A DNA stretch of 64,000 nucleotides from a bacterium (GTDB lineage: Bacteria > Patescibacteriota > CPR2 > UBA1875 > JAJYID01): assembly GCA_021796415.1 (NCBI GenBank), contig JAJYJC010000002.1, positions 7,983 through 71,982 on the forward strand. The letters are read 5' to 3'. Under the pieces are notes generated by a model. That model was not told the origin of the DNA, did not search any database, and saw only the letters and a list, made by a program, of their open reading frames with translations. The stretch's first letter is position 1. Every line of letters begins with the position of its first letter. A program made the translations under genes and the position numbers. Positions 49,168 through 59,246 of the stretch are shown here, in pieces.

Positions 49168-49769
49168 ATAAAGATAAAAAAATTGCTATCGATATCGCCC
49201 TGATTCCTCCTAGTGATGTCATCGAACTGTTCATTAGGATAAATCAAGAGGCCGGGGAAAAAGTCTGGGGGCCGCTTGGCAAAGACGATTATATCCCACA
49301 TATATCTTTGGCGATGGGGTGTATCAAGGAAGATGATTTGACCGCGGTCAAAGAAATTGTCGAGAAGGTGGCGGCAAGTTTTAGTCCCATTGACATTGTG
49401 CTCGACAAGCTTTATTTTGCCCAAAAGCCGGGTGACGATAGGAATTATGCTATTGGCGCAAAGAGATCTTCGCTGCTTCAAGAACTCCACGAAAATATAA
49501 TGAACAAACTCCGAGATTATCTGACATATGACTGCACAAAAGAAATGATATTTAGAGAATCGGGCCAGGAAGTGACGGAGCCAAACTACATCAATAAGTT
49601 CCTCCTGGAGCATAGCTTCGAAAACTACGAAGCTCACATTACTACGCGGGCGAAAGTTGGGGTGGGAGAAAAAGATTTGCCGATTGAGTTTATTGCCAGC
49701 CGAATTGCTATCTGTCACATTGGTACCATGACTACCTGCCGGAGAGTGTTATGGGAGAAAAATTTATGA
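49164..49769 (+). CDS. 2H phosphoesterase (2'-5' RNA ligase-like)
   Basis: Two HxS/T motifs: PHISL and AHITT. Confidence 0.85.
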   Translation: MNKDKKIAIDIALIPPSDVIELFIRINQEAGEKVWGPLGKDDYIPHISLAMGCIKEDDLTAVKEIVEKVAASFSPIDIVLDKLYFAQKPGDDRNYAIGAKRSSLLQELHENIMNKLRDYLTYDCTKEMIFRESGQEVTEPNYINKFLLEHSFENYEAHITTRAKVGVGEKDLPIEFIASRIAICHIGTMTTCRRVLWEKNL

Positions 49770-50158
49770 ACGAGCTAACCCTACATCATTGCTCGAAAAG
49801 AATAGCTCCCGGGAGCTTGGATTTCGTAATGGATTTGTTCGGGCAGCTGGGATGCAAAGAGTCGTATCGGGAAGACGGCGCGGCTTGGGCGATGGTCGAG
49901 CAAGACGACAGGTTTATCATCCAGCTGATAGAAACAGACCAAAAGCCGGAAGCAACAGAGAAGAAAAGCAACTCTCATATAGCCTTCCTTTCAGACGACC
50001 CAAAAGCTGACATTGATGAAATTGGTGAGTGGGTTGAAGACAGGGGGTTTGCATTTATCGATGGCCAATGGTCTGGGAGAGAGCGATACTTTGATTGCCC
50101 TGAGGTATTTGTCGACTTTGTAGTTGAGATAATGGACAGAAGCGTCATTGAAAATTGA
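49766..50158 (+). CDS. VOC/glyoxalase-like protein
   Basis: LHH, IQLIE, HIAF, VVEI pattern. Confidence 0.65.
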   Translation: MNELTLHHCSKRIAPGSLDFVMDLFGQLGCKESYREDGAAWAMVEQDDRFIIQLIETDQKPEATEKKSNSHIAFLSDDPKADIDEIGEWVEDRGFAFIDGQWSGRERYFDCPEVFVDFVVEIMDRSVIEN

Positions 50159-50232
50159 TGTAAACTCGACCTTAATCTTTTCTTGAGTTAAAAAATCTGC
50201 TAAAGTTATTGAGCCAATTAATGGAGAGGAGC

Positions 50233-50841
50233 ATGGATAGCAGGGAGAAGAAAATAGCCGACTTTCTTTTTGAAATCGGGACGATGCGAAAGTTGCCGAG
50301 AATGCATCAGCAAATGATACTGACGCAGGATTTATCCGACAATATTGCAACCCATTCTTATCGTGTGGCGATAATTGCTTGGTTCTTGGCTAAAATGGAA
50401 AAGGCGGATCCATACAAGGCTGTTGTGATGGCGCTCTTTCATGATACTAAAGAGATAAGAAGCGGCGACCATAACTATGTCCATAAAAAATATGTAAAAA
50501 TATACGAGGATGAGATAGCGGAAGAGCAGCTTGGCAATCTGCCATTTGATGATATATTCGAACTGAATAAGGAATACGAGGTCAGGGGGAGCAAGGAAGC
50601 CGTCGTGGCGAAGGACGCTGACATGCTTGATCAAATCCTATTGCTAAAAGAATATGTCCATCAAGGAAATGAGGAAGCAAATATCTGGCTTGGCGGAAAA
50701 GGCAGGAAGGGTGCGGTAGGCAAGGAGAATATCCAATACAAAAGGTTGAAAACCGATTCGGCGAAAAAGCTTGGGAAAGAGATTCTGGACGGCAACGTTT
50801 CCGAGTGGTGGGAAAATCTCTGGACCGCAAAAAACAGATGA
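50233..50841 (+). CDS. HD-domain hydrolase (YfbR-like)
   Basis: DNIATHSYR, ALFHDTKE.RSGD, KDADMLD. Confidence 0.9.
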   Translation: MDSREKKIADFLFEIGTMRKLPRMHQQMILTQDLSDNIATHSYRVAIIAWFLAKMEKADPYKAVVMALFHDTKEIRSGDHNYVHKKYVKIYEDEIAEEQLGNLPFDDIFELNKEYEVRGSKEAVVAKDADMLDQILLLKEYVHQGNEEANIWLGGKGRKGAVGKENIQYKRLKTDSAKKLGKEILDGNVSEWWENLWTAKNR

Positions 50842-50938
50842 TAGTTTATTGTAAAAAAGCATAAAGATAATTGGGGTATTTTGTTTTTTAATTTGGTTAA
50901 ATGAATTTGTGGTGACACAAGCTTAGCATGGTTAACGT

Positions 50939-51004
50939 GTCATTCTCGCGGAGGCGGGAATCTATATTAATAAAGAGCCGGGTTCCCGCCTCCGCGGGAA
51001 TGAC
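50939..51004. repeat. REP-like GTCATT..AATGAC palindrome (relatives at ~51612-51753, 53837-53914, 55514-55595)
   Basis: GTCATTCTCGCGGAGGCGGGAA...TTCCCGCCTCCGCGGGAATGAC. Confidence 0.8.
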
Positions 51005-51053
51005 AAAGAGAGCGGATGACAGAGAAAGAATAACAAAGGAAGGAGTTTATGTG

Positions 51054-51557
51054 ATGGCTGAGGAATCACAAACAGAAAGAGATATGAAGTTTGCGCTTGC
51101 GGGGGAGTCCCAAGCCAGGCGAAAATACAAGGCGTTTGGCGAAAAGGCCAAGGAGGAAGGCTACACTCAAGTCGCCAAGCTTTTTAAAGCGGCGGAAATG
51201 GGCGAAACTATCCACTCGGGATATTTTTTAAACAAACTCGGTCAGGTCAAGAAAACCAAGGAAAACTTGCAGGCGGCAGTCGATGGAGAAACATACGAGG
51301 CGAATAAGGTTTATCCGGCTATGATGGATGACGCGGAGGCAGAGGGCAGAGAAGATGTGAAGACTTATGTGGGATTTGTCCGTGATGTCGAGGCATTGCA
51401 TGCCAGGCTTTTCAAAGAAGCGCTGGATAATCTGGGCAAGAACAAGGAAGTTGACTACTATATCTGCGGAGGCTGCGGGGCGGTGACCGAGGGCAAGCCG
51501 GACAAATGTCCTGTTTGCGGCGCGCCGGGCGCGAAGTTTGTGAAGGTGGAGATTTAG
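51054..51557 (+). CDS. Rubrerythrin
   Basis: AGESQARRKY, ETIH, ETYE, EALH, C-terminal CGGC..CPVCGA. Confidence 0.93.
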   Translation: MAEESQTERDMKFALAGESQARRKYKAFGEKAKEEGYTQVAKLFKAAEMGETIHSGYFLNKLGQVKKTKENLQAAVDGETYEANKVYPAMMDDAEAEGREDVKTYVGFVRDVEALHARLFKEALDNLGKNKEVDYYICGGCGAVTEGKPDKCPVCGAPGAKFVKVEI

Positions 51558-51871
51558 TTTTTAAGGTGCCGGAACTTTAATCTGCTATAAAGATCTTATG
51601 GCCGCACCGATGTCATTCCGGACTATTCCTTTAAAGTGTAGTCAGTTGACCTGCCTGCCGGCGAGGCAGGTCCGGAATCCAGGTATTTTTATAGATTCTA
51701 AAGTTAAATTTAGAATGACAAGAGAGAGATCCTTCGACTTCGCTCAGGATGACGCGGGGCGGCAAAAAAACACTTGACAAGGTAGCGTAAGTGTGATACT
51801 ATGTTGCATCACGGTAGAAAAAGACAGTTTTGGTTGAGATTAGACACACATTGAAAACTTGATTGTAACCG

Positions 51872-51994
51872 GAGCAACTGGGGATGCGCCACATATCCTT
51901 TGGAAGGGACGCGTACCGCGTCGAAGCGGGATGTATCATTAACTTGATCCCAAAGCTTTTCTGGAGGAAGATGACCTTCTTTGGTTGCTCTTTT
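51872..51994 (+). ncRNA. Unidentified multibranched structured RNA or leader
   Basis: Closing stem GAGCAACTGG/TTGGTTGCTC; inner GACGCG/CGCGTC and GGGAT/ATCCC; promoter TTGACA-17-TACTAT at 51774-51802. Confidence 0.5.
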
Positions 51995-52081
51995 AGTAAA
52001 TATAAACAGTTTATTTATTGTTGGAGCTGCTAGAATTGATCTACAATTCTGACGATTCTAACAATTAAAGCAGGATTTAAG

Positions 52082-52657
52082 ATGAATGAAATAAATTGGA
52101 AAATGCTCGTGGTGCCGGTAGTGATTCTTTTTGTGTTTATCGGCGGCATCATCGGTATAGTAAATTGGCAAAAATCTCAGCAGTCAAATAGCGCCATCTC
52201 GGTCAATATTCCCGAGGGGGCTGTTCAGACTACTGAAAAGCAAACTATCGTGAGCGGCAATGTTCCGGCCGGCAGTAAAGTTACCGTAAATGGCCAAGAA
52301 GCAAAGGTTGGTGATGACGGTGCATATAGCGCAACCGTTAACCTCAAGGAAGGCGAAAACAAGATTGAAATCAAATCCGTAAAGGATGGCAAAACAAGCA
52401 CCGTAACAAGGACTATTAAACTTGTTGCGGCATCTGCCGGAACGAGCGCACCTCCCACAACCACACCGCCTACAACCGTTGCGCCTCAGAGCGGTGCCGT
52501 TTCAACCCCCGCTGCGCCAGCTCCGCAAGCTTCTAACTTAAGCACATCAGGACCAGAGGACATGATCCTGCCGGTTGCCGGATTTGCGGGAATAGTTATC
52601 GTGGCAGGCTATTACCTAAAAAGCAAAAAGAAACTCGGCAAGTCACTTCGAAAATAA
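52082..52657 (+). CDS. Surface protein with Ig/cadherin-like domain, P/T/A linker and C-terminal anchor
   Basis: N-terminal TM, V.VNG..L.EG.N.I, LSTSGPE + TM + basic tail. Confidence 0.75.
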   Translation: MNEINWKMLVVPVVILFVFIGGIIGIVNWQKSQQSNSAISVNIPEGAVQTTEKQTIVSGNVPAGSKVTVNGQEAKVGDDGAYSATVNLKEGENKIEIKSVKDGKTSTVTRTIKLVAASAGTSAPPTTTPPTTVAPQSGAVSTPAAPAPQASNLSTSGPEDMILPVAGFAGIVIVAGYYLKSKKKLGKSLRK

Positions 52658-52860
52658 ACTTTAAATTAATTTCATAGAAATAACGGCTCACGGGCCGTTA
52701 TTTCTATTTTGCTCACTACTCTAATACAGTTTAGAGTAGTGGTTTTTTGTCTTGTTATTCAAAATTAAATAATCGCAATAAAGAGTTGCAAAAAAAAACG
52801 ATTATTTATAATTATGTTTATAGGAGAGTAATATCTTATAAGCATAAAAAAGGAGTAATT

Positions 52861-53409
52861 ATGGCAGAGCAAGAACGCCCGCATTGCGATGAGTATATTG
52901 AGGAAATTGAAAATTCAAGAAGAGATGTATCGAAAGGAGATAATGAAGAGCATGATAGAGCTCGGGCAATGGCCGAAGCAGAGGATCCTTATCAGGAAGG
53001 AATGATAATCGCCAAAAAACTAGGAGTGAATTACAGTGAAATGATAGGTGGTATAGGGAGTGGCAATTTAAAAAAGCAAGCAGATAAAGCGGCAGAGTTG
53101 GCGGCGGAAAAATATGATCGTGAAAGCAATGAAACTACGAAAGAGCAAGATGCTTACCAGCGGCTGGCGGATCAGATGATACTCCATGCATTGAAGAATG
53201 GAGTATGCGGTGTAAAGGAAACTACAAAAATCAATGTCGGCGGGGATCAAAGAATGATAAATTTTTCAAAACTTGAAGAGATATTAAATGACAGGCTATA
53301 TGAACAGACTGATGAGGAAGTAGAGCAAAAAGTGCCAGGTTTCGGCCTCATTAAAGAAGGAGACTATCTAGGGGTGGAGTACGATAAACCCATAGAAAAA
53401 TCAGAGTAA
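52861..53409 (+). CDS. Hypothetical acidic protein
   Basis: AAGGAG RBS before MAEQERP. Confidence 0.75.
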   Translation: MAEQERPHCDEYIEEIENSRRDVSKGDNEEHDRARAMAEAEDPYQEGMIIAKKLGVNYSEMIGGIGSGNLKKQADKAAELAAEKYDRESNETTKEQDAYQRLADQMILHALKNGVCGVKETTKINVGGDQRMINFSKLEEILNDRLYEQTDEEVEQKVPGFGLIKEGDYLGVEYDKPIEKSE

Positions 53410-53556
53410 TGTTCTTTAAGAAAATAGCTCTTCCGAGTCGTTATTTTGCGTAATCCGTTACTATTATAATACAGTTTAGGGTAGTGGTTTTGTTACACTA
53501 ACATAGTATTAGTATAATGGCAGATGAAAAATTTTGATAAATTCTAAAAGGCTTCT

Positions 53557-53757
53557 TTATTTAGATTCTTTTCTCTTCGAAAATATGAAGATATAGATGA
53601 TCTCAAGGATTGCCAAGGTGTTAACGATTAACAAGATTACAAACCAAGCCTGATCGTTGTTACGAGCTGATTTCCATAGCGCGACGCCTTTCCAGGGAAT
53701 CGTCCATATGGCTAGCAGTGCAATAATCCACAAGTTGTGCTGTACAAACTCTCTCAT
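53557..53757 (-). CDS. DUF5652 family membrane protein
   Basis: WKGVALWKSARN.D.AWF..LL.VNTLAILEIIY. Confidence 0.88.
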   Translation of the reverse strand: MREFVQHNLWIIALLAIWTIPWKGVALWKSARNNDQAWFVILLIVNTLAILEIIYIFIFSKRKESK

Positions 53758-54112
53758 TTTTTTCTCCTTTTTTATAGTCCTTATTATAGCATAACTATCG
53801 ATTTAGCCATTATTTTATTTAGTAACCCTTCACACCTGTCATCCCGAGTCCGTTCGACAAGCTCAGGGTAAACCTCGCGATAGCAGAGCCGAGAGATCTT
53901 TAACTCAGAATGACCAATAACCAATAAAACCTCGAATTTGAAAATTGATAAATTGGAACATTCATTGAAAATTGAAAATTGTGAATTAAAAATTAAGTCA
54001 AGGGATTCTCCGCTCGTCCCCGGCATAGCCGGGTCGGTCGAAATGGCAGAAATATTTTTAAGGTAATCATGTTTACCCTTTACACAAAGGTGATTTTTTG
54101 GTATCATTTATT

Positions 54113-54205
54113 GGTGATTGGGTTAATAGGTAAATTGGTGGATGGTAAAATTCACAACTAACTAACTAACCAACTAACCTATTTACCGATTTATCAACTA
54201 ACCAA
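54113..54205. repeat. Periodic imperfect palindrome upstream of rpsA
   Basis: GGTTAATAGGTAAATTGGT...AACTAACTAACTAACCAACTAACCTATTTACCGATTTATC. Confidence 0.6.
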
Positions 54206-54210
54206 TACTT

Positions 54211-55428
54211 ATGGCAAAAGCAAAAGAAATGACAATGGAGGACCTTCTATCCTCATACGGAGACATTAGCGTTCCTCAAGACGGGGATGTAATAGAAGGC
54301 AAGATTATAAATATCACCAAAAACGGCGTGTGGCTTGACCTTGGCACATACGGCACCGGACTTGTTGTCGGGCCGGAAGTTTATGACTTGGAAGGCGAGG
54401 CTAAGGTTGGCGATACCATGAATGCGTCGGTTATCGCACAAGAGACGGACGAAGGTTATGTCCTCCTGTCTCTTCGAAAGGCAACCCGCGAAAAGGTCTG
54501 GGAGAAGCTGACGCGCATGATGAATGAAGGCGAGGTATTTAAAGTAAAGCCATTTGACGCAAACAAGGGCGGATTGCTCATCGAATATGAAACGGTCAGA
54601 GGATTTCTGCCTGTTTCCCAGCTTTCAACGGAACACTATCCGCGAGTGGCTGATAAAGATGAGATTTTGATACGGCTCAACGACCTTATCGGCAAGGCGC
54701 TCGATGTGGTCGTGCTCGATACGGATAAAGGCGAGGGCAAACTGATATTCTCGGAGAAGGCGGCGAACAAGGATAAAACCGAGGAGCTCTTGTCTAAGTT
54801 TAAAATCAATGACAAGGTAAAGGGCAAGGTCACCGGCGTAGTAGATTTTGGCATATTCTTGAATGTCCAAGGAGTTGAGGGATTGGTTCATATCTCTGAA
54901 ATTTCATGGGACAGAGTGGAAAATCCATCGGATTTTGTCAAAATCGGCGATGAGATAGAGGTTCAAATCATAGGGATTGAAGATGAAAAGATTTCTCTTT
55001 CCATGAAGAGATTGCAAGATGACCCGTGGCTTAAAAAGGTCAAAGATTTGAAAGTTGGAGAAAAAGTTAAGGGCGAAGTTTCAAGAATTACGCCATTTGG
55101 CGCCTTTGTAAAGCTTCCGCAGGGTATAGAAGCATTGGTGCACATATCTGAGCTTTCTGAAAAGCACATTGCCTCCCCTGATGAAGTTGTCCAAGAAGGA
55201 AAAGGCTATGATTTCAAGATAATTTCGCTTGATAACGAAAATCACAAGTTGGCGCTAAGTTTGAAGAATGTGAAGGCAGCGTCCAAAAAGGAAACCGAAA
55301 AAGCACCGAAAGACGCAAAGAAAGACGCCGCAAAAGCGCCGAAAACCACGCCGAACGCGGCTAAGGCAGCGTCAAACGCTGCTGGGGCAAAAAAAGCAGC
55401 ATCTAGCGATGCCAAGGCTGAAAAATAG
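54211..55428 (+). CDS. rpsA: 30S ribosomal protein S1
   Basis: Four S1 domains (RGFLPVSQL, EGLVHISEISW, EALVHISELS); A/K-rich tail. Confidence 0.93.
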   Translation: MAKAKEMTMEDLLSSYGDISVPQDGDVIEGKIINITKNGVWLDLGTYGTGLVVGPEVYDLEGEAKVGDTMNASVIAQETDEGYVLLSLRKATREKVWEKLTRMMNEGEVFKVKPFDANKGGLLIEYETVRGFLPVSQLSTEHYPRVADKDEILIRLNDLIGKALDVVVLDTDKGEGKLIFSEKAANKDKTEELLSKFKINDKVKGKVTGVVDFGIFLNVQGVEGLVHISEISWDRVENPSDFVKIGDEIEVQIIGIEDEKISLSMKRLQDDPWLKKVKDLKVGEKVKGEVSRITPFGAFVKLPQGIEALVHISELSEKHIASPDEVVQEGKGYDFKIISLDNENHKLALSLKNVKAASKKETEKAPKDAKKDAAKAPKTTPNAAKAASNAAGAKKAASSDAKAEK

Positions 55429-55623
55429 TAAGATGATGTAGACTTCTTGTTAAAAAATTTTGATTTTCAAGAAATCTCCGTCTAAGCGTGAGATTTTTTG
55501 ATACCCCTCATTCGTCATTCTGGCTTGACCAGAATCCGTATATAGGGGATTAAGATTCTGGACCCTCCCAAGGCGGACAAGCAAGCCAGAATGACACAAA
55601 AAGTAAATTAATTTCAACGAACA

Positions 55624-57396
55624 ATGACAGAAAAAACAGAGAAAAAACAAATACCAGAGGTAGTCACAGTAGGTGGATTTGCTGATGCGCTGGGCGTTCC
55701 TGTGGCGAAAGTCGTTGCCGAACTTATGAAAAATGGCGTGATGGCGACCATAAATGAGTACATTGATTTCGAAACCGCTGCTATTATCGCCGAGTATATG
55801 GGTTTTGAGGTTGAAAGGGCAACAGAAGAACAGAAAAACAGAAAAACAGAAAAACAAACAAAATCGCCTGAGGACTCGGCTAATCTTGTTTCGCGACCGC
55901 CCATCGTGGCTGTTTTAGGCCACGTCGATCATGGTAAGACATCGCTTCTTGATGCCATTCGCGAAACAAATGTTGTGGGCGGCGAGTCGGGCGGCATAAC
56001 CCAGCATATTGGCGCTTACCAGGTTGAGAAGGATGGCCGGAAAATTACATTTTTGGATACCCCGGGACACGCCGCGTTTGAAAAAATGAGAGAGCACGGC
56101 GCGCAGTTTACGGATATCTCTCTGATATTAATCGCGGCAGATGATGGCGTCAAACCTCAGACGGTGGAAGCCATAAATCACTCTAAAAAAGCAGAAACGC
56201 CGATGATTGTTGTGGTTACGAAAATTGACAAGCCAGACTCGGATATAAACAGGATAAAGCAACAAATGGCAGAGCTTGGCCTGACTCCGGAGGATTGGGG
56301 CGGCGACATCCCGGTGGCAGAAGTGTCGGCAAAAACACGGCAGGGGTTGGATGACCTTTTGGACTTGATCCTTGTGATGTCTGATATTAAAGAATTTAAA
56401 GCCGATCCCAAGATGCCCGCTTCCGGTATAGTTATCGAAACTCACATCGATTACGGAAAAGGTCCGGTTGCCACCATTTTAATAAAAAACGGCACACTTC
56501 ATGTCGGTGACTTTGTCGCTGTGGGAGAAACTTATGGCAAGATAAGGAGCATGGAGAGCTATAACAAAAAAAGAATTAAAGAGGCAGAGCCTTCAGCGCC
56601 GGTAAAAATATCCGGCTTAAGAGGCGTACCCAAGGTATCCGATCTGCTCCAAGTATTTAGTGACGAGAAGGAAGCAAGGGCCGAGGTAGAAAATATTAAG
56701 AAAAGAAAGACTATCAGCAGCCTTTCAAAAGTAAAGAAAATAGGAGTAGAGGAGCTATCTGCCTCGATGAGAGACAGCGAGAAAAAAGAACTTAGCATAG
56801 TTTTGAAGGCTGATGTTCGCGGATCTCTGGATGCAATTAAAGAGGCCTTCAACAAAATTTCAAATGACGAGGTATCTGTAAAGGTGGTCTCCGGCAAAGT
56901 CGGCGCCGTCAATGAAAGCGACATTGCAATGGCGAAGTCATCGGACAACATAATCATCGGATTTAACGTGTCTGTTTCCTCAAATATCGATCAGCTGGCA
57001 AAGAAGGAAAAGGTTAAAATCTATTCATACAAAGTGATATATGAACTTTTGGATGATGTAAAAGAGCTTCTTTCCGACCTGTTGCCGCCGGAAATGAAGG
57101 AACTGACACTCGGCAAGCTGAAAGTATTGGCAATTTTTAAATCGAAAAAAGGGCAAATGATCGTCGGAGGAGAGGTTAGGGAAGGCAAAATCGAAAAAAA
57201 CACTGAGGCGAAAGTGATTAGGGGCAAAGAAGAAATCGGCAGAGCGAACATCACTCTGGTAAAGAGAGAGAAAGAGGAAGTTCGCGAAGTCCAGGTTGGA
57301 AGCCAGTGTGGCATAAGCCTTGACAAAGAATTGCCGGTTGAGGAAGGGGACACAGTTGAATCCTTCAGAACCGAACGGGTGAAAAGGACCCTCTAA
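55624..57396 (+). CDS. infB: Translation initiation factor IF-2
   Basis: RPPIVAVLGHVDHGKTSLLD, GGITQHIGAY, DTPGH, KADVRGS. Confidence 0.98.
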   Translation: MTEKTEKKQIPEVVTVGGFADALGVPVAKVVAELMKNGVMATINEYIDFETAAIIAEYMGFEVERATEEQKNRKTEKQTKSPEDSANLVSRPPIVAVLGHVDHGKTSLLDAIRETNVVGGESGGITQHIGAYQVEKDGRKITFLDTPGHAAFEKMREHGAQFTDISLILIAADDGVKPQTVEAINHSKKAETPMIVVVTKIDKPDSDINRIKQQMAELGLTPEDWGGDIPVAEVSAKTRQGLDDLLDLILVMSDIKEFKADPKMPASGIVIETHIDYGKGPVATILIKNGTLHVGDFVAVGETYGKIRSMESYNKKRIKEAEPSAPVKISGLRGVPKVSDLLQVFSDEKEARAEVENIKKRKTISSLSKVKKIGVEELSASMRDSEKKELSIVLKADVRGSLDAIKEAFNKISNDEVSVKVVSGKVGAVNESDIAMAKSSDNIIIGFNVSVSSNIDQLAKKEKVKIYSYKVIYELLDDVKELLSDLLPPEMKELTLGKLKVLAIFKSKKGQMIVGGEVREGKIEKNTEAKVIRGKEEIGRANITLVKREKEEVREVQVGSQCGISLDKELPVEEGDTVESFRTERVKRTL

Positions 57397-57473
57397 ATTA
57401 CAAATTTCAAATTCAAAATAACAAATAAAATTCCAAATGTATTAATTACAATAATTTGATATTGGATGCTCAA

Positions 57474-57794
57474 ATGGCAGACAGAATAAGAAAAGTAAAT
57501 GAATTCCTACGGCATGAAATAGCAGAATGCTTAAAAGCGCAGGATTTTGACGGGCTCGTAACGGTGAAAGCGATCGAGACCGGCCGAGACATGAAATCGG
57601 CGTGTGTGTGGATAAGTGTTTTGGGCAATGAAGAAGAAGTTTTGGATGAAATCGAGAGCAATAAGAAACAGATACAAAGATTTATAAACACAAAGATGCA
57701 GACAAAAAATGTCCCCCGCCTTTCGTTTAAAATTGACCGTTCGGGAGAGCACGCCCAAAGAATCGAGGAACTCATAAGAAATGAAGAGAGTTAA
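57474..57794 (+). CDS. rbfA: Ribosome-binding factor A
   Basis: RIRKVNE, DMKSACVWIS, VPRLSFKID; follows infB. Confidence 0.9.
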   Translation: MADRIRKVNEFLRHEIAECLKAQDFDGLVTVKAIETGRDMKSACVWISVLGNEEEVLDEIESNKKQIQRFINTKMQTKNVPRLSFKIDRSGEHAQRIEELIRNEES

Positions 57795-58758
57795 TTCCAG
57801 CGAAATTGCCGAGCAGCTGAAAAGAGCGCAAAAAGTCGCTATTTTCGGCCACGTCTCACCGGATACGGATTGTTATGGCAGCGCCATAGGGCTAAAAATG
57901 GGCCTTGAGAGCGAAGACAAAGAAGCTTACGTCTACCTGCCTGAGGAGATGCCCTACAATCTGGTATTCCTAAATAACTATGGTTCGTTTCAGGAAGAAA
58001 AAGCTGCAAAGGACGCGGATCTGGCAGTGGTCCTCGATTGTTCGAGTGTGAGCCGAGCGCATTCCGCCGACATGCTTAAATACTATAAAAATACCGGCGT
58101 AAGGGTAGTTTTGATAGATCATCATCTGCCGGGCGATTTATTAACTTTTGCCGATATGGGCTGGCAGGATGAGAAGATAAGTTCGGTGAGCGAGATGATT
58201 CTTGCGGTACTAAAGGAAATGCGGGTCAATATCCAGAAAGGCATTGCTACCTATCTGCTTGCCGGGATAGAGGGCGACACTTCCAGTTTTCAGAACCAAA
58301 ACACGACTCAATCTTCATTTGAGGCAGCCGCATATTTAATGTCAAAAGGGGCGAGATTTGGGTCGATTATCAGTAATACTATTAATTCAAAAAGAAACCT
58401 AAATCTCATCAAACTTTACGGACTGGCTCTTGAAAGGGTTATTTACAACAAGAAGTATAAGACGGCGACTACATACATAACGCTTGAGGATTTGAAAAAA
58501 TACGAGCTGGACGAGGACGGGTCATACAGCGAGATGATTAACTACTTGAATACAGTTAACGGTATCAAGATGATTGTTCTTATAACGGAAAAATCAGACA
58601 ATGAACTGAAGGTCAGCCTGCGGACAAGGGATGATGGTGTGAATGTGCAAGTCTTGGCTAAGGCTCTTGGCGGTGGCGGGCATGCGAAGGCCAGCGGTTT
58701 TTCCCTAAAGGGCCGGATTGCCAATGAGAATGGAAAAATAAAAATTTGTTGCCTTTAA
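57781..58758 (+). CDS. nrnA: DHH/DHHA1 oligoribonuclease / pAp phosphatase
   Basis: GHVSPDTDCYGS, IDHH, GGGGHAKASG; follows rbfA. Confidence 0.9.
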   Translation: MKRVNSSEIAEQLKRAQKVAIFGHVSPDTDCYGSAIGLKMGLESEDKEAYVYLPEEMPYNLVFLNNYGSFQEEKAAKDADLAVVLDCSSVSRAHSADMLKYYKNTGVRVVLIDHHLPGDLLTFADMGWQDEKISSVSEMILAVLKEMRVNIQKGIATYLLAGIEGDTSSFQNQNTTQSSFEAAAYLMSKGARFGSIISNTINSKRNLNLIKLYGLALERVIYNKKYKTATTYITLEDLKKYELDEDGSYSEMINYLNTVNGIKMIVLITEKSDNELKVSLRTRDDGVNVQVLAKALGGGGHAKASGFSLKGRIANENGKIKICCL

Positions 58759-58801
58759 AATTATATTTATGCTAATATGTAAGTTGTACAAGAGGTAAGA
58801 A

Positions 58802-59185
58802 ATGGACGAAAGTAAAAAAACAAAAATTTTAATCATTGAAGACGATAGATTTATCGCCAAGATGTATCAGACAAAATTGAGCCTGGAAGGTTATGATGTT
58901 GATGTTGCTGAAAATGGCCAGATAGGGGTTGAGAAAATAAAAAGCTTCCAGCCCGACCTGGTTCTTTTAGATATTATTATGCCTGAAATGGACGGATTTG
59001 GCGTTTTGGAAGTCATACGGGATGATGCGGCCATAAACTCTACGCCTGTGATTATAATGAGCAACCTTGCCCAAGAAGACCACCTAAAGAGAGCAAAAGC
59101 TCTTGGCGCCAAAGACTATATAGTCAAGAGCCAATATACACCGCTGGATGTGGTAAAAAAGATACAGGAGGTCTTGGCGCGCTAG
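58802..59185 (+). CDS. Single-domain response regulator
   Basis: LIIEDD, LLDIIMP, SN, K receiver motifs. Confidence 0.93.
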   Translation: MDESKKTKILIIEDDRFIAKMYQTKLSLEGYDVDVAENGQIGVEKIKSFQPDLVLLDIIMPEMDGFGVLEVIRDDAAINSTPVIIMSNLAQEDHLKRAKALGAKDYIVKSQYTPLDVVKKIQEVLAR

Positions 59186-59246
59186 CTAGGCCATGTATTT
59201 GAACGCTTTCAGCGAATAGGACCCCTCAAAAATATATGCTGGATTT

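Noticed and set aside
55624..57396. Short IF-2 as a truncation
   Set aside because: All core domains are present, and N-terminal length varies normally in IF-2.
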